Origin: a virus
IMG/VR virus record: IMGVR_UViG_3300020470_001965
Direction: 5' to 3' (one strand)
DNA length: 64,000 nt
Shown here: positions 1-7,848 of the stretch, piece after piece
Layout of the letters: every line of letters starts with the position of its first letter
Numbering within the stretch: the first letter of the stretch is position 1
Made by a program: the position numbers and the translations under genes
The notes under the pieces: generated by a model
What the model was told of the DNA's origin: nothing
Database searches by the model: none
Seen by the model: only the letters and a program-made list of their open reading frames with translations

Positions 1-194
1 TTCAAGTATATCCTAATGGTCTTGAATCTGTGCGTAAGAGTGTAGAGAATTGTGTGCAGATGTGTGGATTAGATAAAAGATTGATGGAAGATTTACTCAA
101 AGGTGAGTGGTCAGAATCTACAACATTGAATAGTATGGGTAGACAATCACAAAAGATTGTGATAGAGTATAACATTAAGCAGAAAGATGATTGA
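1..194 (+). CDS. 3' end of a hypothetical phage protein (partial)
   Basis: Open frame from base 3 (QVYPNGLESVRKS...GRQSQKIVIEYNIKQKDD) ending TGA 192-194; overlaps the next ATG. Confidence 0.6.
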   Translation, partial: QVYPNGLESVRKSVENCVQMCGLDKRLMEDLLKGEWSESTTLNSMGRQSQKIVIEYNIKQKDD

Positions 195-363
195 GAAATA
201 TATTATACTCTCGTTGTTATATCTGGAGTATATTACACAGAAACTATTATGTTTACCCTATCATCTTTATATTAAAATCAGTAATTGGAATTTTAATAGA
301 AACTTAGACCAAAGAAATCAGGAGTTAGCAGCACAAACACCACTAATAATGAAAGATGATTGA
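187..363 (+). CDS. small hypothetical protein (58 aa, MIEKYIILSLLYLEY...)
   Basis: Hand-translated; start and stop both overlap the neighbouring genes (ATGATTGA junctions), typical of translational coupling. Confidence 0.55.
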   Translation: MIEKYIILSLLYLEYITQKLLCLPYHLYIKISNWNFNRNLDQRNQELAAQTPLIMKDD

Positions 364-1153
364 CACAGTATTATATGGTGATTGTCGTGAGACACTACCA
401 CAAATAACAACTAAATGTAGGATGTGTGTAACATCTCCACCTTATTATGGACTGCGTAATTATAAGTCAAGTGATAAACAAATAGGACTTGAACAATCAC
501 CTGAAGAGTATGTTGATGAGTTAGTTGGTGTGTTTAGATTAGTAAGAAATATACTAACTGATGATGGTACATTATGGGTGAATATTGGTGATAGTTATTA
601 TAACTATCGTGGTGGTAAAGGTCAGGCATTACCTAATCAATCATTTGGTGGTGATCAAGATTTACCACAGATTAACCCACGTAGAGGTAATAAATTAGAA
701 GGATTAAAAGAGAAAGATCTAATCGGTATCCCTTGGATGTTAGCATTTGCATTACGTGCGGATGGTTGGTACTTACGACAAGATATTATATGGAGTAAAC
801 CAAACCCCATGCCTGAGAGTGTAAGGGATAGATGTACTAAGTCACATGAATATATTTTCTTATTGAGTAAGAATCAGAATTATTATTTTGATGTGGATAG
901 TATAAAAGTACCAACGGTTGATGGTAGACAGTTGAAACGTAAGAAATCAGTATGGGAAGTCAAGGTCAAACCTCATAGGTCAACAGGACATCATGCAACA
1001 TATCCTGAGGAGTTGATAAGACCTGCTATTCAAGCAGGCAGCGAGGTCAATGACGTTATACTTGATCCCTTCATGGGTAGTGGCACCACTGCTGATGTTG
1101 CATGGTCACTAGACAGACATTATATGGGATGTGATTTAGTGGACAGTTGGTAA
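356..1153 (+). CDS. DNA amino-methyltransferase, beta class (N6_N4_Mtase; SPPY suggests N4-mC)
   Basis: Motif IV TSPPY near the N-terminus, motif I DPFMGSGTT near the C-terminus; also LRQDIIWSKPNPMPES and HATYPEEL. Confidence 0.93.
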   Translation: MIDTVLYGDCRETLPQITTKCRMCVTSPPYYGLRNYKSSDKQIGLEQSPEEYVDELVGVFRLVRNILTDDGTLWVNIGDSYYNYRGGKGQALPNQSFGGDQDLPQINPRRGNKLEGLKEKDLIGIPWMLAFALRADGWYLRQDIIWSKPNPMPESVRDRCTKSHEYIFLLSKNQNYYFDVDSIKVPTVDGRQLKRKKSVWEVKVKPHRSTGHHATYPEELIRPAIQAGSEVNDVILDPFMGSGTTADVAWSLDRHYMGCDLVDSW

Positions 1154-1199
1154 AAGTGTCACAAGGTGTGTTGCGTCCCCATTTTATCTCATGTATATT
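1139..1199 (+). promoter_or_regulatory. early promoter cassette 1: operator-like GGACAGTT-N5-AAGTGTCAC, -35 TTGCGT, -10 TATATT
   Basis: -35 at 1171-1176, -10 at 1194-1199, 17 bp spacer; the same upstream motif recurs at other gene boundaries. Confidence 0.75.
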
Positions 1200-1225
1200 A
1201 AGAGAGTCAAAAACGACACAGCATT

Positions 1226-1807
1226 ATGACACTAACAACAGACCTTGACCGCCTCACCACTTGGACAATCAAAGAAACCAACAGGTATCTAAGTGAGTTC
1301 ACCATTTATGGAAAGACTCTTCAGGATTATAAGGACACAATGTCCACTGCTGATTTCACCAAGTTCTTTCAATATATTGTCAATGACATAATTGAAGAGG
1401 GTATCAAACAACTCGGTATCGATGGCAGGAGAGAGGAAGTTAGTGGGTATGATTATGTCTTTAGTGATACTAAAGTAGAGTTCAAACTACTTGGTGGCAC
1501 TGAGAAGGCATCATTCGCAACTGGTAACAAGACCAGTCACTTCGGTGGTGCTAAGACCAACATAGTGTGGGCAATCAAGTATACTTTCAATAACAATCAG
1601 ATTGATTCATTTGGGTCTGTAGTTATTGATACAAACTTGACTGAATCTAACGTTTGGAAGTCATCTTCAGGACGTAAAGATTCATTCTCTACATTGAAAC
1701 TATTAAACAATGAAGAGGACTGCATACTATCACAATTAGGGATAGTAAAACCTGCACAAAAGTATCTACATTTCATCCCATTACCAACTGACACTCTAGT
1801 CGCTTGA
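1226..1807 (+). CDS. candidate PD-(D/E)xK endonuclease (type II restriction-enzyme-like)
   Basis: GYDYVFSDTKVEFKL fits D-x7-E-x-K after an acidic helix (NDIIEE); lies between two MTases and has its own promoter. Confidence 0.5.
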   Translation: MTLTTDLDRLTTWTIKETNRYLSEFTIYGKTLQDYKDTMSTADFTKFFQYIVNDIIEEGIKQLGIDGRREEVSGYDYVFSDTKVEFKLLGGTEKASFATGNKTSHFGGAKTNIVWAIKYTFNNNQIDSFGSVVIDTNLTESNVWKSSSGRKDSFSTLKLLNNEEDCILSQLGIVKPAQKYLHFIPLPTDTLVA

Positions 1808-1850
1808 CAAATTGTAGAGGATATGGTTATAATGACTGTATCCTCTTTTT
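1804..1850 (+). promoter_or_regulatory. consensus sigma70 promoter overlapping a terminator-like hairpin
   Basis: TTGACA 1804-1809 and TATAAT 1828-1833 (18 bp spacer); inverted repeat AGAGGATATGGTT/GACTGTATCCTCT followed by a T run; motif variant AACTGACAC at 1786. Confidence 0.75.
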
Positions 1851-1858
1851 AATGTTCA

Positions 1859-2707
1859 ATGTTAGATATTGATAAGACTTATCATCTTAACTGTATTGCT
1901 GGCATGGAGAAACTTGATGAGGATTGTATTGATTTGGTGGTAACATCTCCACCTTATGATCAATTAAGGACATATAATGATAGCAGCAAATGGTCAATGG
2001 ACATATTCTATTCTGTGGCAGCACAGTTAAATAGAGTCTTAAAACCTGGTGGTGTTATTATGTGGAATGTGAATGATGCTACTGTTGACGGTAGTGAGAC
2101 AGGCACAAGTTTCAGGCAAGCATTACATTTTAAGGATGTATGTGGGTTAAGGTTACATGATACCATGATATATGAAAAGACTGGTATAGCATTTGCTAGC
2201 GGTCCAAAGAGTGTTAGATATAGTCAGGCATTTGAGTATTGTTTCATATTATCTAAGGGTAAACCTAAGACAACAAATATTATATGTGACAAACCAAATA
2301 AGTGGGCAGGATCTACATCATGGGGCAAAGCACGTAGTAGAAAGAAGACAGGTGAATTAGATATTAGAGAGAATAAGACTAATCCAATCAAGGAATTTGG
2401 TGCTAGAAATAATATCTGGAGAATCAAGAACTGCGGTGGATTTGGTCAATCAAATAAAGAGAGTTACAAGCATCCTGCAACGATGCCTGAAGAGTTGGCA
2501 CGAGGTCACATTCAAACTTGGACAAATGAAGGTGATTTAGTATTAGATCCTTTCATGGGTAGTGGCACAACTGCACAAGTAAGTTTAGAGGAGAAGAGAC
2601 ATTTTATAGGGTTTGAGATTGATGACACATATTATGATATGTGTGTAAATAGAGTGAGACCAATGCAAGACAATCTTCTTACTAGATTAAATGACATTAA
2701 GACGTAA
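1859..2707 (+). CDS. DNA amino-methyltransferase, beta class
   Basis: DLVVTSPPY, RVLKPGG, HPATMPEEL, DLVLDPFMGSGTT, FIGFEID. Confidence 0.94.
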   Translation: MLDIDKTYHLNCIAGMEKLDEDCIDLVVTSPPYDQLRTYNDSSKWSMDIFYSVAAQLNRVLKPGGVIMWNVNDATVDGSETGTSFRQALHFKDVCGLRLHDTMIYEKTGIAFASGPKSVRYSQAFEYCFILSKGKPKTTNIICDKPNKWAGSTSWGKARSRKKTGELDIRENKTNPIKEFGARNNIWRIKNCGGFGQSNKESYKHPATMPEELARGHIQTWTNEGDLVLDPFMGSGTTAQVSLEEKRHFIGFEIDDTYYDMCVNRVRPMQDNLLTRLNDIKT

Positions 2708-2894
2708 AGTATGGGTAACACCCATATCACAACAAAGCAAACTTACATTTGTTCAGTATCTCAATTCAAAGAATATTGTGAGACTAGAGCATAAACGAGA
2801 GGATAAGATATTCCTTTCAAGTTTAGATAACCCAGATTATTGGTTTTGGATTAATGTAAACAATGACCCAAATTGGGAGTATAAAGAACTATGA
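2691..2894 (+). CDS. hypothetical protein
   Basis: 67 aa ORF overlapping both neighbours. Confidence 0.65.
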   Translation: MTLRRKVWVTPISQQSKLTFVQYLNSKNIVRLEHKREDKIFLSSLDNPDYWFWINVNNDPNWEYKEL

Positions 2895-3214
2895 CCAACT
2901 CATACTTTAGTAAAACAATGTTAGATACAAACGCTAGTTACAACGAATCTCCAGACGTAGGTCACAGGAGTATACAAGATCATAGAAATGATATTAATTG
3001 TTGTATAGATAACCTGAAGGACATATTGCACGACTATGTTGAAAACGAGGTGCTTACACCTGGTGAGTTTGTGTCATGTGTCAAAGACGCACTTAATGAC
3101 AATATTAGGCATCACAATGACCGACTTAAGTTGCTCAAAGATGCTGAGTCATTGCTTGTTAATGTACAACAACCAGAGTTACTAAATGAACAAGAAAGGC
3201 AAACAAGAGGGTGA
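2891..3214 (+). CDS. hypothetical helical protein
   Basis: 107 aa ORF, ATGA overlap with upstream gene. Confidence 0.7.
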   Translation: MTNSYFSKTMLDTNASYNESPDVGHRSIQDHRNDINCCIDNLKDILHDYVENEVLTPGEFVSCVKDALNDNIRHHNDRLKLLKDAESLLVNVQQPELLNEQERQTRG

Positions 3215-3404
3215 TGCAGCATCAGCAGCACTTGATAGAATTATTGAATTAAATAATAAACTAGCAGGTGGTGATTTGGGTGTTGATGATATCGAAGATA
3301 ACATCAGCGATAGAATAAATGCTTCCGAAGATCTCAAGAAGATATTAGAGAAAGCACGAGAGAATCAACGTAAATCTTATCATCAATGGAGAGCAAGTGA
3401 CTAG
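3186..3404 (+). CDS. hypothetical coiled-coil protein
   Basis: 72 aa ORF in a packed gene run. Confidence 0.6.
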   Translation: MNKKGKQEGDAASAALDRIIELNNKLAGGDLGVDDIEDNISDRINASEDLKKILEKARENQRKSYHQWRASD

Positions 3405-3948
3405 AGTTATAGATGATTATTTCCCTAAATGGTTAGTTGATATAGTATCCAAAGACACGGAGACTATGCCTGTTAAGTATACGAACTCACCGTATGCTGA
3501 TTTTGATAAGGCACGATTCTTTGGTTCAATGTTATACTTGGACGACAAATTTCAAGATATTCATTATTACTGGTTTTGTGAATATTTCAATCGTTGTGTA
3601 TACAATGATATTTGCAAAGATGATAACATTGAGCACTGCCATCGTATCCTATTAAATGCACAATTACCAGGTATGAATGGGTGTAATCATTGTGATGCAG
3701 ACTCGGAAGATTATCTCACTGTTATATACATGGCACATGGTAATAGTGGGGATACAGTTATAGTTGATAAAGAGGGAAATGATGTAGAAAGAGTATCATT
3801 TAAGGAAGGACGGATGGTTATATTTAATAGCGCAGAATACCATAGAGGAGAAGCACCAGAATCAGGGTACAGAGTATCACTTGGTGCAGTATATCCTCTC
3901 AAACCTATACAAGAACTGTATTCACCATTTATAACACCATTAACATGA
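3397..3948 (+). CDS. 2OG-Fe(II) oxygenase
   Basis: HCD (HxD) ... FKEGRMVIFNSAEYH ... YRVSL: facial-triad residues plus RxS 2-oxoglutarate motif; GTG start. Confidence 0.85.
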   Translation: MTRVIDDYFPKWLVDIVSKDTETMPVKYTNSPYADFDKARFFGSMLYLDDKFQDIHYYWFCEYFNRCVYNDICKDDNIEHCHRILLNAQLPGMNGCNHCDADSEDYLTVIYMAHGNSGDTVIVDKEGNDVERVSFKEGRMVIFNSAEYHRGEAPESGYRVSLGAVYPLKPIQELYSPFITPLT

Positions 3949-4175
3949 AATATAACATGAATGAGCATGAATCAATCGTCATTAATAGGAGAACAACTAT
4001 TAAAGATTTAATCTCAAATTATATGACATCTGATCTATCAGCAGATGAAATATACACTGAGTTCTTATCAGAATTGCAAGATTACGTTAAATATCATGAA
4101 ATAAGTCAGGAGAAGGCAACACGTTTGCATCTATTGTTCAGTGGTGCTAAACTACCCTTAGGCAACAGGTTATGA
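3945..4175 (+). CDS. hypothetical protein
   Basis: 76 aa ORF with ATGA overlap. Confidence 0.65.
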   Translation: MKYNMNEHESIVINRRTTIKDLISNYMTSDLSADEIYTEFLSELQDYVKYHEISQEKATRLHLLFSGAKLPLGNRL

Positions 4176-4586
4176 ATGAGACTGAATCTTAAACAACTGA
4201 AATATTTGAGAGGAGTCCTGTCCATAGCAAGGATGTATAAACCCTATGAGGATAGAGGGGATGTCAACGCACCTAAGGGCAGTCTGTGGAATGATGACCT
4301 GCACGATTTATTCGTGCAAATAGAGGCAGAAATAAGCAGACGGTTTCCAAAGTGTCCACCATGGTCCCCATACGGTCAGTTTTCTGATATTATAGAAGAG
4401 TCAAAGAAATTAAACGAATCCATGACACTGACCAAAGTCAACCAACTCACTCTCACTGACGATGAATTGAGAGTCGTTGAAGACCTTCTCACCTTTGTTA
4501 CTGACATCGGTCTTCCATCCGATATCGAGGATAATGAGGCAGCGTATGATTCATTATTCAACAAAGTATTTGGGGAGTATGAGTAA
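4176..4586 (+). CDS. hypothetical protein; probably an in-frame join of two genes (second start ATG 4422, MTLTKVNQ...)
   Basis: The ORF reads through a promoter cassette at 4339-4393, followed by an internal ATG. Confidence 0.6.
   Translation: MRLNLKQLKYLRGVLSIARMYKPYEDRGDVNAPKGSLWNDDLHDLFVQIEAEISRRFPKCPPWSPYGQFSDIIEESKKLNESMTLTKVNQLTLTDDELRVVEDLLTFVTDIGLPSDIEDNEAAYDSLFNKVFGEYE
4339..4393 (+). promoter_or_regulatory. early promoter cassette inside the 4176 ORF
   Basis: GACGGTT...AAGTGTCCAC (4350-4359), -10 TATTAT 4388-4393, leader AGAGTCAAA like that before 1226. Confidence 0.65.
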
Positions 4587-4745
4587 ATGAGTTGCTTGCA
4601 GAATGAAATGATTCTCGAAAACCTATTTGATGAGGTGCTCGCAGAATTAGAATCAAAAAACTTTCATCTTCTCTTCACACCTGCTGAAATAGAAGATACC
4701 GCTTCCAAAATCGCACAACAACGCTTTGAGGACTTATGCCAATGA
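4587..4745 (+). CDS. small hypothetical protein (52 aa, MSCLQNEMILENLFDEV...RFEDLCQ)
   Basis: Hand-translated; fills the gap exactly, ATGA overlap with the next gene. Confidence 0.65.
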   Translation: MSCLQNEMILENLFDEVLAELESKNFHLLFTPAEIEDTASKIAQQRFEDLCQ

Positions 4746-5071
4746 CTTTAACACCTCTCGACCTTGAGGACTGCCAACGTAGAAATCATGTTGAGGGATA
4801 TGTTGAAGACATCTGGATCACATACGATAGTATATGGGAAGGTGACAAACGCCTTCCCACTTTTGTGATCACTAATAAAGATGACTCAACCTATAAAGTA
4901 TCACAACGACACAAGATTCAATACAATAATATTGATAGATGGGATTATGCACAAGTGGGTGAATTTCCTACAGTTAACGAGTGTAAATACTTTATATTTG
5001 ATTATATCAATCAAATGGATACTCAACTTCAATTAAAAGAACATGGCATCAATAACATCAGTAAGTATTAA
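4742..5071 (+). CDS. hypothetical protein, paralogue of 5043..5423
   Basis: Start at ATG 4742 via ATGA overlap; shared motifs LPxxxIT...QR and W.Y......T..ECK.FI..YIN. Confidence 0.7.
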   Translation: MTLTPLDLEDCQRRNHVEGYVEDIWITYDSIWEGDKRLPTFVITNKDDSTYKVSQRHKIQYNNIDRWDYAQVGEFPTVNECKYFIFDYINQMDTQLQLKEHGINNISKY

Positions 5072-5423
5072 TTCAGACTATCCATATCATCATGAAAGTG
5101 TATTCATTAGTGATGATAATATAGTGGTTGATAGTGTACAATTACCTGCATATACTATCACAGAAAATAATACTAAATTTGAGATAAATCAACGTCTTCC
5201 ATGTGTACTTAACAACCCATTAGGTATGAAGAGATATTATGAAACTAGGGTAGATAACAAGCATTTGTATAAGTTTGACAGTAAAGATGTGTTATGGACG
5301 TATGAAAGAATTGATACATATAATACTATCACTGAGTGTAAACAATTCATTGAAGGGTATATAAATGAAGAGGTAACGCAACGCATCCTCGCATCACAAG
5401 CAGAGAGAAATCAGGACAGTTGA
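5043..5423 (+). CDS. hypothetical protein, paralogue of 4742..5071
   Basis: 126 aa ORF ending inside a promoter-cassette motif. Confidence 0.7.
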   Translation: MASITSVSINSDYPYHHESVFISDDNIVVDSVQLPAYTITENNTKFEINQRLPCVLNNPLGMKRYYETRVDNKHLYKFDSKDVLWTYERIDTYNTITECKQFIEGYINEEVTQRILASQAERNQDS

Positions 5424-5490
5424 CAAACTGGACTTTTTTGTGACAAACGCTTAACATTTGACTATATTGTCAAGTGTAGGTCTGTATACT
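5414..5490 (+). promoter_or_regulatory. promoter cassette variant GGACAGTTGACAAACTGGAC with -10 TATACT
   Basis: Motif 5414-5433, hairpin CATTTGAC/GTCAAGTG, TATACT 5485-5490; spacing longer than in the other copies. Confidence 0.55.
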
Positions 5491-5516
5491 GTAAGGGTAA
5501 TCACGCATCGTATTGA

Positions 5517-5849
5517 ATGCCAGCAACACGCACCCGCAGACCTCGCAAGTCAACTGCTAAGAAACCAGTTGCACCCAAGAAACCCACTGCTAAGGTAATC
5601 GTGACTGAAACTACTACGACTGTGACACCTGACACACCTGTCAGACCTGACACCCTACTAAAATTTGAAGACTATCAAAAAGACTTCAAAATTAGATGGG
5701 AAATCCACCTCTATGAGTGGAATGCCTTGATTCAAGATTGCAAATGGGTCTATAAGCAATCACGCCCATACGTGCTCAAAGCGTATGAGTATTGCAAAGA
5801 CTCTTACGACAGAGCATTCAATCAAGACACACCCCAACCAGTCAAATAA
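5517..5849 (+). CDS. hypothetical protein with Lys/Arg/Pro/Ala-rich N-terminal tail
   Basis: MPATRTRRPRKSTAKKPVAPKKPTAK then an aromatic helical domain. Confidence 0.75.
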   Translation: MPATRTRRPRKSTAKKPVAPKKPTAKVIVTETTTTVTPDTPVRPDTLLKFEDYQKDFKIRWEIHLYEWNALIQDCKWVYKQSRPYVLKAYEYCKDSYDRAFNQDTPQPVK

Positions 5850-5892
5850 GTGTCACACAACCCCTCTCACGAGGGGTTTTTTAATGTATACT
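5838..5892 (+). promoter_or_regulatory. promoter cassette with embedded stem-loop (PeSL-like)
   Basis: CCAGTC-N4-AAGTGTCAC, then stem CCCCTC-TCAC-GAGGGG plus T run (intrinsic terminator shape), then TATACT 5887-5892. Confidence 0.75.
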
Positions 5893-5896
5893 AATA

Positions 5897-5945
5897 GTAT
5901 GGGAAACAAACCTAGTCACTCACTGGGTTTTGTTTCTCTCACCCT
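5897..5945 (+). repeat. 49 bp leader hairpin repeat, copy 1
   Basis: GTATGGGAAACAAACCTAGTCACTCACTGGGTTTTGTTTCTCTCACCCT; 47/49 identical to 7783-7831. Confidence 0.9.
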
Positions 5946-5960
5946 CTATTTCTTTTCATC

Positions 5961-6149
5961 ATGACTACACAGTATGCATGGGGTGGTGATAACAATTTCA
6001 CCACAGATGAGTATGAAGAACTCATCACTATGGTACATGATAAAATCAAGAAAGAATATAGTGATGATGAAACTTGCAGATTTTATTCACAACTTCTCGG
6101 CAAACTGCTTGTCGCTGCTAATCAAGAAGTTGGAGATGTTTCCTTTTAA
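5961..6149 (+). CDS. hypothetical protein
   Basis: 62 aa ORF directly after promoter and leader hairpin. Confidence 0.7.
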   Translation: MTTQYAWGGDNNFTTDEYEELITMVHDKIKKEYSDDETCRFYSQLLGKLLVAANQEVGDVSF

Positions 6150-6151
6150 TT

Positions 6152-6298
6152 ATGACAAAACTCACACGATTAGAGTACGGTGTAGTACTCAAAAGCATCA
6201 TGAATCAGCGAGTATTTCTTGAAGATAACGAGAAAGATTGCATCGATTCATTGTTAGATAAACTCTACAATCAGGAGGTGCTAAATGAAACAAATTGA
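6152..6298 (+). CDS. small hypothetical protein (48 aa, MTKLTRLEYGVVLK...)
   Basis: Hand-translated; fills the gap and contains the AGGAGG RBS for 6285. Confidence 0.55.
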   Translation: MTKLTRLEYGVVLKSIMNQRVFLEDNEKDCIDSLLDKLYNQEVLNETN

Positions 6299-6494
6299 AT
6301 TCAGTTGTCGCATCGTTTGTGATGATGACGATGGCATAAATGCTTATCATTTATGTGAAGAAATCCAGGCATATTTGAATTCTAATCATCACTTATATGA
6401 TGAAGATTCTGACGAATATGCTAATGCTAAGGTCACAGGATATAAGGTCTTAATTGATAACTATGTCCCTTTCATTGCACAAGATGAGTATTAA
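6285..6494 (+). CDS. acidic hypothetical protein
   Basis: 69 aa, AGGAGG RBS upstream. Confidence 0.7.
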   Translation: MKQIEFSCRIVCDDDDGINAYHLCEEIQAYLNSNHHLYDEDSDEYANAKVTGYKVLIDNYVPFIAQDEY

Positions 6495-7728
6495 ACTAAG
6501 ACCACATCAATCACGTGCTTTGTTATCAATGAAGCACCACAATAAAGGTCAAATTGTTGTACCTACTGGTGGTGGTAAAACATTCATTATGATACAAGAT
6601 CTCATCGCAAATTGTGATGAAGGTGATGATCAAGTGAATGTAATTGTGGCACCTCGTATTCTATTAGCACAGCAATTATGTGATGATTTTAGATCATTTA
6701 CTGATGAAATCATCAACCCTTCATTAAACATATTGCATGTGCATTCTGGTAGAACACCACATAAATCAACAACAAAATGTGATGAGATAATATCATTTAT
6801 TGATGAAAATCCATTCAATAAAATGATATTCACCACATATCATAGTTTACATCGAATCGTTGAATCTGGTATCAAAATTGATACAATCTATTTCGATGAA
6901 GCACACAACAGCACTGCAAGATCATTCTTTGAAAGTGTTAGTAAGGTGAGTGAATATGCATCACGTTGTTATTACTTTACAGCAACACCTAGAGTGAGTT
7001 ATAAACATGAAAGAGGTATGAATAATGCTGAGGTTTATGGTACTATTATTGAAAATGTGCCTGCACCTGAGTTAATTAAGGGTGGAAGTATTCTACCACC
7101 TACAATCGTACCTTTTGAGCATGATGTACATTATAGCAAAGAAAATGCACACGTGCATCACTCTGAAACTGTGCAATCTATTCTTGATAGTATAGATGAA
7201 ACACACGATGCAAAAGTGTTAGTTAGTGTCCCAAGTTCTAGGGTATTAAATAACATGCTTGGTCGTACATTATTACTCAAAGAGTTAGGAACTCGTGGGT
7301 ATGATGTATTACATATTACCTCTAAATTTGGTGCTTATGTCAACAAAACAAAAGTTAATCGCACGAAGTTCTTTGAAACTCTCAAAGAATGGGGGCAAGA
7401 AAGTAACAAGAAATTCGTTATCTTTCATTACTCGATCTTATCGGAAGGTATCAATGTTAGTGGACTCACTCATACAATCTTCTTGCGAAATCTTAATGTC
7501 ATCGAGATGGCACAATCTATCGGTCGTGTTATTAGACTTGATAAATCAGATTCCAAGAATATTCAGGCAGGCAATATTCCTGCTGGCGTTGTTAGTTTGT
7601 ATCGCAAATCCACTGGTTATTGTGTTGTACCTGTTCACAAAGATTATGGCACAAAGTGTATTAAAAGATTGAATCGCATTACTAATGATATATTTGTAGA
7701 GGGGACGCACACCCATGCGGTGTGCTAG
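6484..7728 (+). CDS. superfamily 2 DEAH-box helicase (ResIII-like)
   Basis: LRPHQ (Q motif), VPTGGGKT, FDEAH, FTAT, LSEGINV, QSIGRVIR; ATG 6484 (MSIKLRPHQ) is more likely than 6454. Confidence 0.92.
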   Translation: MSIKLRPHQSRALLSMKHHNKGQIVVPTGGGKTFIMIQDLIANCDEGDDQVNVIVAPRILLAQQLCDDFRSFTDEIINPSLNILHVHSGRTPHKSTTKCDEIISFIDENPFNKMIFTTYHSLHRIVESGIKIDTIYFDEAHNSTARSFFESVSKVSEYASRCYYFTATPRVSYKHERGMNNAEVYGTIIENVPAPELIKGGSILPPTIVPFEHDVHYSKENAHVHHSETVQSILDSIDETHDAKVLVSVPSSRVLNNMLGRTLLLKELGTRGYDVLHITSKFGAYVNKTKVNRTKFFETLKEWGQESNKKFVIFHYSILSEGINVSGLTHTIFLRNLNVIEMAQSIGRVIRLDKSDSKNIQAGNIPAGVVSLYRKSTGYCVVPVHKDYGTKCIKRLNRITNDIFVEGTHTHAVC

Positions 7729-7778
7729 TCCGCAAAGTGTCCACTAAATGCGGACAACGTGCGGAAATGCCCTATAAT
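7725..7778 (+). promoter_or_regulatory. early promoter cassette
   Basis: AAGTGTCCAC 7735-7744, TATAAT 7773-7778. Confidence 0.75.
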
Positions 7779-7782
7779 ACAT

Positions 7783-7831
7783 GTATGAGAAACAAACCTA
7801 GTCACTCACTGGGTTTTGTTTCTCCCACCCT
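7783..7831 (+). repeat. 49 bp leader hairpin repeat, copy 2
   Basis: GTATGAGAAACAAACCTAGTCACTCACTGGGTTTTGTTTCTCCCACCCT. Confidence 0.9.
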
Positions 7832-7848
7832 TTACCCCACTGACTCAA

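Noticed and set aside
6484-7728. Type III or type I restriction subunit partnering the MTases
   Set aside because: Only helicase motifs, no nuclease domain visible, and about 3.8 kb away in a different promoter module
5897-7831. CRISPR mini-array from the hairpin repeat
   Set aside because: Only two copies 1.9 kb apart with genes between them; no spacers or cas genes
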